A stretch of DNA of 64,000 nucleotides from an uncultured Cytophagales bacterium (GCA_946409305.1 CAMJVU010000002.1:451-64450), one strand, 5' to 3'. Shown: positions 16,797-26,958, counted from the first letter of the stretch. The notes: generated by a model from the letters alone, not told the origin. Numbers and translations: made by a program.

Positions 16797-18814
16797 ACAA
16801 AAGACAGATCAACAGTTCTATTTTCTACATTGCATTTCTTAACTATAACATCAATTTGATCTCCAATACAGTACCTATTTCCAGTATACCTTCCAACTAC
16901 TTTTATCCTGCTCCTATCCAAAATAAAAGTATCATATTTATATTCACTAAACCTTATCAATCCCTCACACTTAGAATCTGTAAGTTCAACAAAAATTCCC
17001 CATTCAGCGACACCAGTTATAATTCCTATCAATCTTTGTCCAAGATAATTATTTTTAACAAACTCAACCTGTTTAAATCTTATAGATTCTCTTTCCGCAT
17101 CTGTAGCCAATTGTTCACGTTCCCCAGCATATGTACACGCTTCGCTTAATTTATTTACGTCAATTATAGGGACATTGTTTAACATCTTTTTTATCATCCT
17201 ATGAACAAGAACATCTGGATATCTACGTATAGGTGACGTAAAATGAGTGTAATGTTCGAAAGCCAATCCAAAATGTTGTTTAGGTTCTGTTGAATAAATA
17301 GCTTTAGGCATCATTCTTACTGCTGATGTTAATATAACATTTTCCTCTGGTTTTCCTTTAACTTGCTCTATAATCTTGTTAACAGAAAAAGGCAACCTAT
17401 CAATATCCTCATCTAAAATAAAACCAAATTGTTTCACAAGAATGGCAAAAGCTACAACCTTAGATTTTTCTGGAGATTCATGAACTCTGTACAAAAAACA
17501 AGGATACTTCTTTTTGTTTTCATTGCACATTTTATATGCATACATGGCAATATTTTTATTTGCCAAAAGCATAAATTCCTCAACTAAATGATGACTATCT
17601 AATAAATCCGTCTTTGAAATATTCAACGATAAATCCTCATTAACACCAAAATTAACATCCTCAAATTCAAAATTAATAGCTCCATGTAAAAATCTTTTCT
17701 CACGTAAAGCTTTGGATATCTGGAACAAAATGTCAATATTCTTGTGAAGTTCGTGTGTACTGTCATCGATAATATTCTGTGCCTCATCATACGTTAATCT
17801 TTTATCAGAACGAATAACTCCCTCACCTATCCACTGATTATAAACTTCTCCATCCATGTCCATCTCAAAAACGATAGACATTGTCAACCTATCTTCATTG
17901 GGCAACAGAGAACATAAATCATTACACAACACTTCTGGAAGCATCGGTATTACCCTGTCAATTAAGTACACAGAAGTGTTTCTTTTATAAGCTTCAACAT
18001 CAACAGGAGAACCATCCTCCACAAAATAACTTACATCAGCTATATGAACACCTACTTCGTAATGTCCATTATCTAATGACTTAATGGAAATAGCGTCATC
18101 AAAATCCTTTGCTGTCAGCGGATCTATTGTAACTGTAAAATCAGACCTAAAATCTCTCCTTTCCCTTAAAACATTTTCATCAAAAGGTTTTTTGTCCACG
18201 AAATCAGCCACCTTACTACAAAATCGTTCAGGTAATCCATATTCGTTAATTATCGACTTCATCTCTGTTTCATGTTCTCCGACCTTCCCAAAATTTTCAA
18301 CTATATTACCCTTGAATGTATATTCATTTTCAGGGTAATCAGTTAATTTAACCTTTACCCTATAAGATGTGTCATTATCAAAATTTAAAGAAGACACTTG
18401 AGAAGAATCAATAGATATTGGCCAGAAAAACTTTCTATCGGATACATTGACTAGAAAACCTTTCTTACCATTACTTTTTAAATTCCCAACAAACGTAGTT
18501 TTTGCATGTCTTATGATGTTTAAAATTTTTCCACGATAATGCCCATATTTTTTTTCACCCAATACGCCTACTCTAACCACATCTTCATTTATCGCAAAGT
18601 TCATGTCGCGCGCTACAATAAAAACATCGCCAACCTTCTTATCACTCGCAATAACATACGCAAAACGCTGACTTACATAGTCGACAGTCCCAACAACAAC
18701 AAACTTATATCGAATTCTCTCAACACACCGTCTAAGACACGAACCTACACGCTTAAAAAAATTCGATAAAAAATCAGTTCTACTACGAATTCTTGACTTT
18801 TTGTTTCTTTTCAT
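16790..18814 (-). CDS. rnr: Ribonuclease R
   Basis: RNB-domain wording (TIDPLTAKDFDDAISI, VHIADVSYFV, RVIPMLPEVLCNDLCSL, HFGLAFEHYTHFTSPIRRYPDVLVHR) and a C-terminal S1 (GIITGVAEWGIFVEL). Confidence 0.9.
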   Translation of the reverse strand: MKRNKKSRIRSRTDFLSNFFKRVGSCLRRCVERIRYKFVVVGTVDYVSQRFAYVIASDKKVGDVFIVARDMNFAINEDVVRVGVLGEKKYGHYRGKILNIIRHAKTTFVGNLKSNGKKGFLVNVSDRKFFWPISIDSSQVSSLNFDNDTSYRVKVKLTDYPENEYTFKGNIVENFGKVGEHETEMKSIINEYGLPERFCSKVADFVDKKPFDENVLRERRDFRSDFTVTIDPLTAKDFDDAISIKSLDNGHYEVGVHIADVSYFVEDGSPVDVEAYKRNTSVYLIDRVIPMLPEVLCNDLCSLLPNEDRLTMSIVFEMDMDGEVYNQWIGEGVIRSDKRLTYDEAQNIIDDSTHELHKNIDILFQISKALREKRFLHGAINFEFEDVNFGVNEDLSLNISKTDLLDSHHLVEEFMLLANKNIAMYAYKMCNENKKKYPCFLYRVHESPEKSKVVAFAILVKQFGFILDEDIDRLPFSVNKIIEQVKGKPEENVILTSAVRMMPKAIYSTEPKQHFGLAFEHYTHFTSPIRRYPDVLVHRMIKKMLNNVPIIDVNKLSEACTYAGEREQLATDAERESIRFKQVEFVKNNYLGQRLIGIITGVAEWGIFVELTDSKCEGLIRFSEYKYDTFILDRSRIKVVGRYTGNRYCIGDQIDVIVKKCNVENRTVDLSFVC

Positions 18815-19127
18815 TTACTTTCTTAACACTCTTCCCAACCTTTACATCACCATCATTAACTGTACTCTCATTACGTACATTCCCACTTTTTTTAGCCACA
18901 ACATTCTTAGTCTTTTTTACCGTACTTTTACCGTCTTTCTTACCAGACAAAGACTTAACATCATCACAAACTGTCTCGGATTTTACGGGAACAAAATTCT
19001 TTTTCAAATCTTCTATATTTACACCCTTTACGACAGGTTTTCTTAACAATCTCTTCAACTCTTTCTGTGCCGCAATAGACTTCATTCTTCTCCTCTTCAC
19101 ACGTCTCTGCAATCTCGTTATAGCCAT
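18783..19127 (-). CDS. Highly basic Lys-rich small protein, unknown function
   Basis: 114 aa, MAITRLQRRVKRRRMKSIAAQKELKRLLRK... It overlaps the annotated rnr start by about 30 nt. No motif recognised. Confidence 0.4.
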   Translation of the reverse strand: MAITRLQRRVKRRRMKSIAAQKELKRLLRKPVVKGVNIEDLKKNFVPVKSETVCDDVKSLSGKKDGKSTVKKTKNVVAKKSGNVRNESTVNDGDVKVGKSVKKVNEKKQKVKNS

Positions 19128-19303
19128 AAACTAAAGTATATCATTATAATACACCTTAAATTACCATATTACTTACCAATCAATGTGAAGAACAAGAACA
19201 AACATTTAATTCCGAGTATCTTAAAAGTATCTTAAAACGACTACGGATATTGACAACACTGATTAGCCAACTTTAATCCTACGAAATTTTTATTTATTTA
19301 TTT

Positions 19304-19987
19304 ATGAAAGCTGAAATTTTCTATACGCTGATTGCTATTGCATGTTTAGACTCTACCTATATACCAAGAAACGGTAAAATAACTCCTCATAGAAATGACA
19401 TGTTAAGATCTAAAGATGGTGAGAGTAATCACCAACTATCTGTTACGTGGGGAGGACTTTGTGCAGGAAGTGTTTTGGGAACAATTATTTGTTACTCTAA
19501 TCACTGTTGCGGAGGTCTCCCATCTCTATTTAATATCAACTTCTCATACACATATTGGTTCAACAGGTACGTAGGCATTATTGGTAATCTTGCCTTATTT
19601 GGGGATCCATATTATTCCATTATTTGTTTTGGAGGTATTAGTAATTCTATAGTACAACTTGATTGGGGAATTAGATTGAGTTATAACGGTAGAGGAATTA
19701 ATAGAGGTAATGGTAGGTGTTATAGTGGAAGATTGATGGTCAATATAGCATGGGGAAGTTTTATGAGGATCGTAAATGTAGGTAGATTCGAACCTCAACT
19801 TGATAGATTTGGAATAAACATTAGTTTTGTCCCTATTGAAATGGTTACAAAGAGGGGATTTATTTGTGGAGCAAATGTAGTATGTTTTGATGTAGCATAT
19901 TGGTTTATTTATACTAGTAGTGATCCGGCCGTGTTGTCAATTTTAAAAGGAATAAAAATATATTTTGGTAAAATCTGGTCGTTATAG
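19304..19987 (+). CDS. Small beta-barrel OMP-like protein, paralogue family member P1
   Basis: Shares LSVTWGGL, YWFNRYVGI, QLDWGIRLSYNGRG...RCYSGRLMVNIAWGS, GINISFVPIE and a terminal YFGKIW with the ORFs at 23013, 40651, 53848, 55023 and 59858. Confidence 0.7.
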   Translation: MKAEIFYTLIAIACLDSTYIPRNGKITPHRNDMLRSKDGESNHQLSVTWGGLCAGSVLGTIICYSNHCCGGLPSLFNINFSYTYWFNRYVGIIGNLALFGDPYYSIICFGGISNSIVQLDWGIRLSYNGRGINRGNGRCYSGRLMVNIAWGSFMRIVNVGRFEPQLDRFGINISFVPIEMVTKRGFICGANVVCFDVAYWFIYTSSDPAVLSILKGIKIYFGKIWSL

Positions 19988-20018
19988 TAATGTAGAAAGA
20001 TAAAAAACGATAGGGAAA

Positions 20019-20588
20019 TTATATATATTTTTCTACAAACTTGAATGATTTAAATGATAGTAACCCGATGAAACTGCCTAGTATTCCTTCAAATAAAACT
20101 TCAGGTGAAGCATTGATATCGTTCATGCACTTTAATATTCCACTTACGATCGGCCACATGAATAACAACTTTATTTTTCCACATTTTTTTTTTAACAATA
20201 TTGAGACAAACGATGTTACTCCAAACGAATTGGCCAAATTGTTATTGATAATATACGATTTTACATTATCCACATTGAACCCGTTTAACGAAGATGTTAC
20301 ATGATTATTAAAAAAATTTTTTATATATGGTTTTACGTAATCAGCTACAGGTTTAATAACGGATAAATCTGCTTTATATGATATCGCAAATATTAAAAAT
20401 ATAAGTACTGCAATTAATAATATTTTCCATTTGTAATGTTTAATTAGCAGATACAGAATAAATAAATACACTGTAATTAAAGTATATTTGTTAGTCATTA
20501 TTTCCGACATTTTACCAGCTATGACACTGTCATTTGGAATTTCTACTTTTACAAACTTATTAACGGTATCTCTTATAATATGACTCAT
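20019..20588 (-). CDS. Integral membrane protein, possibly a degenerate PAP2-like phosphatase
   Basis: 189 aa with several TM segments. NSFGVTSFVS and ASPEVLFEGILGSFIG loosely recall the PAP2 motifs SFPSGHT and HYPSDVLAGALLG, with the catalytic His residues missing. Weak call. Confidence 0.3.
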   Translation of the reverse strand: MSHIIRDTVNKFVKVEIPNDSVIAGKMSEIMTNKYTLITVYLFILYLLIKHYKWKILLIAVLIFLIFAISYKADLSVIKPVADYVKPYIKNFFNNHVTSSLNGFNVDNVKSYIINNNLANSFGVTSFVSILLKKKCGKIKLLFMWPIVSGILKCMNDINASPEVLFEGILGSFIGLLSFKSFKFVEKYI

Positions 20589-20589
20589 A

Positions 20590-22335
20590 CTAATTCAAAT
20601 TAATAATAACATCTTTATATTGCTCGCCATTTATAATGTTTATTTCTTTGTCATAATGCGTTACATTGTCATTCGGACTCAATTCATATATGTTCCCATA
20701 ATGCCATTTATCTTGTTTTAATGGCCAAGAAAGACACCTCACGCGATATTTTCCAAACGCAACATTCCTAAAATTAAAATTTTTCACATCATATATTTCC
20801 TCAATAACTTTATATTCTTTATCAAGTAGTTGAACAGTAAAATGTTTGTTATTTGAATTAATTAATCCACTGATATCTCCACATTTTGATGTAAACTTTG
20901 TCGTTAATGTTTTCTCTTCATTCTTCTCTTCATCCTCATAAACTATTGCATCTTTTATGATTATTAATGAAACCGTTATATCTTGTTTCGCATCTATAGA
21001 CTTTCCACTTTTTTTTAGATTATTTATTATGTTCTTCACATTGTTTTTCAGCTTGATTGAAATAGTATTTGTCTGAGTATCAAGAACAATATCGTCATCC
21101 GAAGTATTAATAGCGTACTCTCCATTAACGATTAATTTGAAAAACTTTTTATCAATGGATGATATAGTTTTAGTATTGCTTACCTTGAACGACGGATATT
21201 CTGATATTATTCTGTTTTTATTCAAACATTCAATAGTTAAATTGTCTTTTTGTTTTTTATTTTTTTCCTCAACAGACTTATTACTAAAACTAACATTTAT
21301 CGTTTGTTCTAAACGGTTATTGTATTCGTCATATGCCACAATATCAACTGGAAGAATGTCAATATTGGGTAAAAGTTGTAATTTACTATTGTCTAAGGTT
21401 AACTTTTTTTTATCATCAGATACACAAGCTTTTCTCAATGCTTCTTTTATACGCTTTGATTCAATCTTTGTGGAACACTGAATTTTTATTACAGGTTTAT
21501 TGAATATAACATTAAACATTCTGTCTTCACTTTTACATTCTGATACTTTAAAATCAAAAATATCGGCATTTGTGATAAATAAATCCTCGACATGTTCACC
21601 GTTTACATTAATTGGATAATGAATAAATCCATATTTGTTTTTACCTGGATCACACAACGTAGAACTATCGATATTATCGCTAGATGTTAAAATATATTTA
21701 CCTGGCGATATATTTTTTATAACGTATCCTCCTCTTCCATCTATTTGTGTTGAATATTCTGGATCCAGACAATTTAAGATGTTGGCTTGTTTTTCAACAT
21801 CGACCAACTTCACTTTTCTTCCATATTGATATAAATTGACTACTCCACTTTTTATTGGTTGATTATTCATCAAATCTCTTACACTTCCCTTAACAACGCA
21901 ATTACTTATTTCATCACCCGTGCTAAAGGATATAGTGATTCCCTTTATATGGTTATCATGTTCATCTTTTATAGCGTCGTTAAAGTTTACTATATATGTC
22001 GTGTCCTCATTTAGAGGTGCCTCAAACTTTAACTTTATAACTTTCCCCTTTTTCGTACACGTAAATATTTTATTTTTTTTGGGAGATGTTTGAATTATTT
22101 TAGGAGTTATTGAAATCTTTTTATCATCAACAAATACCGTTTTACTAAACTTTAGTTGTATCACATCTTTTTTAGACATTCCCCAATCGGTTGTTCCAGA
22201 TTGTGGCCTCTGTTCTATAAGTTCTGCTGCTTTTTTTTCTAAAGATTTTCCAGATAATTGTTCAGGACTAGCAATTCTTAAATTACATAAAATTGTCAAC
22301 AATATTAAGACATTATTTTTCATAATTTGCAACAA
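20590..22335 (-). CDS. Large secreted beta-rich protein (Ig-like / carboxypeptidase-regulatory-like wording), function unknown
   Basis: 581 aa with signal peptide [25 protein letters not shown] and beta-sandwich-like segments ([38 protein letters not shown]). Confidence 0.45.
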   Translation of the reverse strand: MLQIMKNNVLILLTILCNLRIASPEQLSGKSLEKKAAELIEQRPQSGTTDWGMSKKDVIQLKFSKTVFVDDKKISITPKIIQTSPKKNKIFTCTKKGKVIKLKFEAPLNEDTTYIVNFNDAIKDEHDNHIKGITISFSTGDEISNCVVKGSVRDLMNNQPIKSGVVNLYQYGRKVKLVDVEKQANILNCLDPEYSTQIDGRGGYVIKNISPGKYILTSSDNIDSSTLCDPGKNKYGFIHYPINVNGEHVEDLFITNADIFDFKVSECKSEDRMFNVIFNKPVIKIQCSTKIESKRIKEALRKACVSDDKKKLTLDNSKLQLLPNIDILPVDIVAYDEYNNRLEQTINVSFSNKSVEEKNKKQKDNLTIECLNKNRIISEYPSFKVSNTKTISSIDKKFFKLIVNGEYAINTSDDDIVLDTQTNTISIKLKNNVKNIINNLKKSGKSIDAKQDITVSLIIIKDAIVYEDEEKNEEKTLTTKFTSKCGDISGLINSNNKHFTVQLLDKEYKVIEEIYDVKNFNFRNVAFGKYRVRCLSWPLKQDKWHYGNIYELSPNDNVTHYDKEINIINGEQYKDVIINLN

Positions 22336-22873
22336 ACATTTTAGCCCTATTTAATAGATTAATATCATCCTTGTTGTCCCCTCTAACTGCAAATGTTTTT
22401 GTAACTGCATCATACTGTTTTACTCCTCTCAATACCATACATAAGTGAGTAGCAGAAATGTTTACAGTTACGAACTTACTGTTTGTTGATGATACAATTG
22501 CTTCAGCTATATTAGAAGTAAGATATTCTTGTACCTGTAATTTGCGTGACAAACCATCTACTATCCTTGCAAATTTAGATAGTCCCAGTATTTTCCCATT
22601 AGGAATATAAATTATATCAACCTTTCCATAAAACGGCATTAGATGGTGTTCACACATCGAACAAAATGATATTCCTTTGACTGAAACTAGATCATTATTT
22701 ATTTCTGTTGCGGTAAATGATGTTAGTTCTTGTGAATTATCCGATAAAAATTCTTCATACATTTTTGCAATACGTTTTGGAGTATTTAGCAATCCTTCTC
22801 TTGCAGGATCTTCTCCTATCGCTTCTAACAACATTGAAATAGATCTTTGAACCTTCTCCTTATCTATTGCCAT
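22313..22873 (-). CDS. folE: GTP cyclohydrolase I
   Basis: [20 protein letters not shown], the zinc-site wording [22 protein letters not shown] and QVQEYLT. Confidence 0.95.
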   Translation of the reverse strand: MAIDKEKVQRSISMLLEAIGEDPAREGLLNTPKRIAKMYEEFLSDNSQELTSFTATEINNDLVSVKGISFCSMCEHHLMPFYGKVDIIYIPNGKILGLSKFARIVDGLSRKLQVQEYLTSNIAEAIVSSTNSKFVTVNISATHLCMVLRGVKQYDAVTKTFAVRGDNKDDINLLNRAKMFVANYEK

Positions 22874-23012
22874 AAATAATAATCAGTAAATTGATACAAT
22901 ATTGCATTTAACAAAACAATAATCTTTTATTTTTTTCTATCTCAATTCATGTTACAAAAATATCGAACTATTTATGTCTTTCGTTTATCGATAATTACTC
23001 ATTTTCACTACT

Positions 23013-23714
23013 TTAGTGTAAACGTGAATTAGAAGATTCGACTTTTACTATCCATGATTTCCCAATATAAAATTCAAAACTAGCTAGTTGATCATAAAGG
23101 AAATTTTGAAAATTTCCTTTGAATACAGTTCCAAAATCGAGATTTAAAAACCTAATTCCCCAACATAATCCGCCATTCGTTTTTGATTTTTCAATTAGTG
23201 TTAATCTCATGTTCAAACCAATACATTTATACCATTGATCACTCGTCATATTCCCAAACATGACATTTAAGGTCATATTTCCACTGTATACTATATCTTT
23301 GTCCTTTTTATAAATGAAAAAAACACCACCACCAAGTTGGATAATAGACATCACATAATATCCAGACACAAAATCATAAAATCTTTCACCCCACGGACAA
23401 TTAACCAAGCATAATATACCGACTCTTTTATTTAGTCTGTATTTAAACTTATATTCCAGCTTACAAAGTAACATTATACCAGAAATCTCATCACTCCCTT
23501 GGTTCAAATAGGAATTAAGTAAGTTCTCAATAACACCTTTAATTAAGTTAACAACCGAAGCGGTATTCAGTCCACCATACACTAAAGAATGTTCTTTTGT
23601 TCTGTAATTATCTATTCGTTTCTTTTTCTTTACAGTAAAAAACGTTTCATTACGAATTCCATTTACAAACATCCAGAAAAACACCATTCCTCCTAATATC
23701 TTTGTAAAATTCAT
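23013..23714 (-). CDS. Small beta-barrel OMP-like protein, family member P2
   Basis: Family motifs HSLVYGGLNTASV, IIQLGGGVFFIYKK...NMTLNVMFGN, LNMRLTLIE, WGIRFLNLDFG and FEFYIGKSW. I start it at ATG 23714, because the track start at 23876 would overlap mnmE on the other strand. Confidence 0.65.
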   Translation of the reverse strand: MNFTKILGGMVFFWMFVNGIRNETFFTVKKKKRIDNYRTKEHSLVYGGLNTASVVNLIKGVIENLLNSYLNQGSDEISGIMLLCKLEYKFKYRLNKRVGILCLVNCPWGERFYDFVSGYYVMSIIQLGGGVFFIYKKDKDIVYSGNMTLNVMFGNMTSDQWYKCIGLNMRLTLIEKSKTNGGLCWGIRFLNLDFGTVFKGNFQNFLYDQLASFEFYIGKSWIVKVESSNSRLH

Positions 23715-23733
23715 AAAACCAATAGCATGTAAT

Positions 23734-25077
23734 ATGTTTAATAATGATATTATCGTTGCACTAGCTACTCCTAATAGTAGAAATGGAGCTATTGCCGTGA
23801 TACGATTATCTGGAAGTGGAAGTATAAATTTGGTTAATTCATGCTTAAAGAAAAAAAATATAGACAAACAACGCAATCATTCTTTAACGATAAATACATT
23901 TCTTGATGGTGACAGTGACCTTGACGATGTCGTTATTTCAATTTATTTCAAGGGAAGTTCATACACAAAAGAGGAAAGTGTAGAAATATCCTGCCATAAC
24001 TCCGAATACATAATAAACAGGATAATATTAATCCTTATTAACAACGGTGCCAGGATGGCAGATCATGGAGAATTTACTAAACGTGCTTTTTTAAATGGGC
24101 GATTAGATATTACTCAAGCAGAGGCAGTCGCCGACATTATAGCCTCAAACTCTAAATCATCACACGATATAGCTATACAACAAATGAGAGGTAATTTCTC
24201 ATCGAAAATTAAGGATATACAATCAGATATTATAGAAATAGCATCACTTTTAGAACTTAATTTGGATTTTTCACAAGAATATGTCGAATTCACAGAACGT
24301 GATACGATAAAAAATAAGTTAGCCAATATAATCAAAGAAGTATCCTCTTTGGTTGATAGTTACAAGATAGGAGAAGTAATAAAAAACGGATTACCAATAG
24401 CCATAGTCGGAAAACCTAACGTTGGAAAATCATCATTATTAAACAGACTGTTAAAGGAAGATAGGGCTATAGTATCCCCTATAGCCGGAACTACCCGTGA
24501 TACTATAGAGGCCGAAATATGTGTAGACGGAATCAACTGTAGATTTATAGATACAGCAGGATTGCGAGATGATACTTGTGATGCTATAGAACAGATAGGT
24601 ATCGAAAGAACTAAAAAAATGATAGAAAAAGCAAAACTTATATTGTATCTTGTTGACATCAATACAAAATTGGAGGAATGTAAAGATGATATAGAGTACC
24701 TAGAATCGTCAAATAAAGATTTCAAAATTATATGTAATAAAATAGATTTGAAGGATAACTTTTCAAACATAGACAATAAACACATCTACATCTCTGTAAA
24801 AAATGATATTAATATAAACCAAATAACTGATTACATATCATCGAAATATGCCAAATCTAACGATGAAATAATAACTAACGCACGACATTATTGCACTCTA
24901 ACACAATGTTTACGTTCTCTACAAAATGCCTACGAAGAAATGTCAAATAACACCCCAGATGATTTAATTATGATAGATATCAGTAGTTGCATTGAAGATT
25001 TAAATAATATAACTGGACAATCGATATCAGATGAAATTCTTAATTCTATATTCAAAAAATTTTGTATCGGAAAATAA
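23734..25077 (+). CDS. mnmE: tRNA modification GTPase MnmE
   Basis: N-terminal DIIVALATPNSRNGAIAVIRLSG, G motifs GKPNVGKSSLLN, DTAGLR and NKIDL, and the C-terminal FCIGK. Confidence 0.95.
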   Translation: MFNNDIIVALATPNSRNGAIAVIRLSGSGSINLVNSCLKKKNIDKQRNHSLTINTFLDGDSDLDDVVISIYFKGSSYTKEESVEISCHNSEYIINRIILILINNGARMADHGEFTKRAFLNGRLDITQAEAVADIIASNSKSSHDIAIQQMRGNFSSKIKDIQSDIIEIASLLELNLDFSQEYVEFTERDTIKNKLANIIKEVSSLVDSYKIGEVIKNGLPIAIVGKPNVGKSSLLNRLLKEDRAIVSPIAGTTRDTIEAEICVDGINCRFIDTAGLRDDTCDAIEQIGIERTKKMIEKAKLILYLVDINTKLEECKDDIEYLESSNKDFKIICNKIDLKDNFSNIDNKHIYISVKNDININQITDYISSKYAKSNDEIITNARHYCTLTQCLRSLQNAYEEMSNNTPDDLIMIDISSCIEDLNNITGQSISDEILNSIFKKFCIGK

Positions 25078-25223
25078 AAAAACGCAAATATTTATTAGAT
25101 AACGTATTTTACTTGTTTAATTGCTACGTTATTGAGATATCGTTAACGTTTTTTTAATTCACCTGAATTTTACTTTGCAATATTTGCACTTACTGTTACA
25201 TATTTGCATTATTGTGTACTTGA

Positions 25224-26660
25224 GTGTACACATATTGTATGTTTGGGTTTCGATGTTACGATATGTGGAATGTTTTTAAGAAAGACGTGCTTTATAGATT
25301 CTTTGCTGTGCGTAATGGTGGTGTTTTACTGTGCGTGTTATTTAGTGGAGTTTCTTGTTATCCTCCTAAACTGAGTGAAACGTCAGGTAGTGAAATGTCG
25401 GGTGATAAGGTGCCGTATAAAGGTGACGAATACCAAAAGGTGTTAAAAGAGGACTATGGATACAAGGATAGTGAGAAACTGGAATTTTTACCTGTGAATA
25501 ATGTAAAGAAACCATATGTGACCGATGTTCTTAAGGATTATGTTAAACCTACGATGGTAGGATTGGAAAATGTGGGAGCGACTTGTTTTATGAATGCAAC
25601 TTTGCAGTGTTTGAGTCAGACTGAAAGGTTGGTTAGATATTTTTTAGATAAAAAAAACGAAGAAAGGATAAATAACAACAATATTACTATGAAAAAGAAC
25701 GAGGAATGTCAGTTGTCTCCTTCATTTCTTGAGGTTATCAAAGGACTGTGGAATAAGGATTGTAAATCTGGATATTATGATCCTAGCAGTTTCAGGGATC
25801 TTGTTGAAAAAATGAATCCGTTGTTTGAGAAGGGGAAAGCGGGTGATCCTAAGGATTTTATTATATTTATACTTGAACAGTTACACAAGGAGTTGAGTAA
25901 GAATGTTGCAGCTACCTGCGATGAATACAATAAAATGATACGACCGAATAAATTTTTCAATCAATATGACAAGAAAAGTGCATTTTCTTACTTTTTTGAA
26001 AATTTTACAAAAAACTGTTCGATAGTAACGGATACCTTTTTTGGAACTACTGAGACGATGCGTCAGTGTGTAAATTGCAAATTGATTTGCTACAATTATG
26101 AGGTTTTTAATTGCCTCATTTTTCCTTTGGATGAAGTAAGGAAGTTTGTGAACAATATGTCTATGAATAATATGAACAACATGTTTATGCCTATGAATGG
26201 AAATAGAGTTAGTCTACGTGATTGTTTCTTGTATAATGGAAAGACAGAATTGTTCTGTGGAGAAGATCAGAATTATTGTAATCGTTGTAAGGGTTTGCAT
26301 AATTCGGGATATACTTCCAGGATATATACAGAACCAAATGTTCTAGTTTTAATACTTAATAGAGGTAAGGGGAATATTTATAATGTTGGTTTGGATTTTG
26401 GTGAGTCTTTGGATATAACGGATTTTGTTGTGAACAAAAATGGAAGAAAAGTTTATGAATTGTATGGGGTTGTTACCCACTTTAAAGGAAACGATCCTAA
26501 GGGACTTGATTCTCATTTTATGGCATCTTGCAAGAATCCTATTGATAATGAGTGGTACAAATATAACGACAATAGTGTTACTAAAGTTAAAAATGTTCAA
26601 AGAGATGTTATAGAATTTGGAACTCCTTATATATTGTTTTACAAGAAAAGAGAAAAATAA
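25224..26660 (+). CDS. USP/UCH-type (C19) deubiquitinase-like protease, second copy, with N-terminal hydrophobic anchor
   Basis: Cys box GLENVGATCFMNATLQCL, a CxxC pair (CVNCKL...CNRCKG) in the finger region, and His box DSHFMASCKNPIDNEWYKYNDNSV. The start is uncertain (GTG 25224, ATG 25239 or ATG 25263). Confidence 0.85.
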   Translation: MYTYCMFGFRCYDMWNVFKKDVLYRFFAVRNGGVLLCVLFSGVSCYPPKLSETSGSEMSGDKVPYKGDEYQKVLKEDYGYKDSEKLEFLPVNNVKKPYVTDVLKDYVKPTMVGLENVGATCFMNATLQCLSQTERLVRYFLDKKNEERINNNNITMKKNEECQLSPSFLEVIKGLWNKDCKSGYYDPSSFRDLVEKMNPLFEKGKAGDPKDFIIFILEQLHKELSKNVAATCDEYNKMIRPNKFFNQYDKKSAFSYFFENFTKNCSIVTDTFFGTTETMRQCVNCKLICYNYEVFNCLIFPLDEVRKFVNNMSMNNMNNMFMPMNGNRVSLRDCFLYNGKTELFCGEDQNYCNRCKGLHNSGYTSRIYTEPNVLVLILNRGKGNIYNVGLDFGESLDITDFVVNKNGRKVYELYGVVTHFKGNDPKGLDSHFMASCKNPIDNEWYKYNDNSVTKVKNVQRDVIEFGTPYILFYKKREK

Positions 26661-26852
26661 CGATATATCTGTAATTTTCCTTTGTAATATCGAAGTGGTA
26701 TCATGTTTTTTATCTTTGTTTGTTATTGTGAGGGTTGGTGTTTTTTTCGTAAGGTATTTTTGATTTCTGTGATCATTTAAATCTGTAACGTTTTAAACGT
26801 AAGTATTTTTTATTTTTCTTTTAACAATATTTGGTTTTATTTATTTATTTAT

Positions 26853-26958
26853 TTATTGTGGTTGTAGAAATTGCAATTATGAAGACAAATAAAATGTTAC
26901 ACTTCGTTTGTGGAGTGTTAGTAGCACAAGGTATTGTGGTTACTTGCGTGAATGGATG
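26853..26958 (+). repeat. Conserved 5' cassette, copy B
   Basis: TTATTGTGGTTGTAGAAATTGCAATT-ATGAAGACAAATAAAATGTTACACTTCGTTTGTGGAGTGTTAGTAGCACAAGGTATTGTGGTTACTTGCGTGAATGG. Confidence 0.75.

Noticed and set aside
19250-19277. Sigma-70-type promoter (TTGACA-16 nt-TTTAAT) upstream of P1, and promoter calls elsewhere
   Set aside because: If the organism is a Bacteroidota member, the primary sigma factor recognises different elements (TTTG and TAnnTTTG). In DNA this AT-rich such hexamers arise by chance. They are not reported as features.
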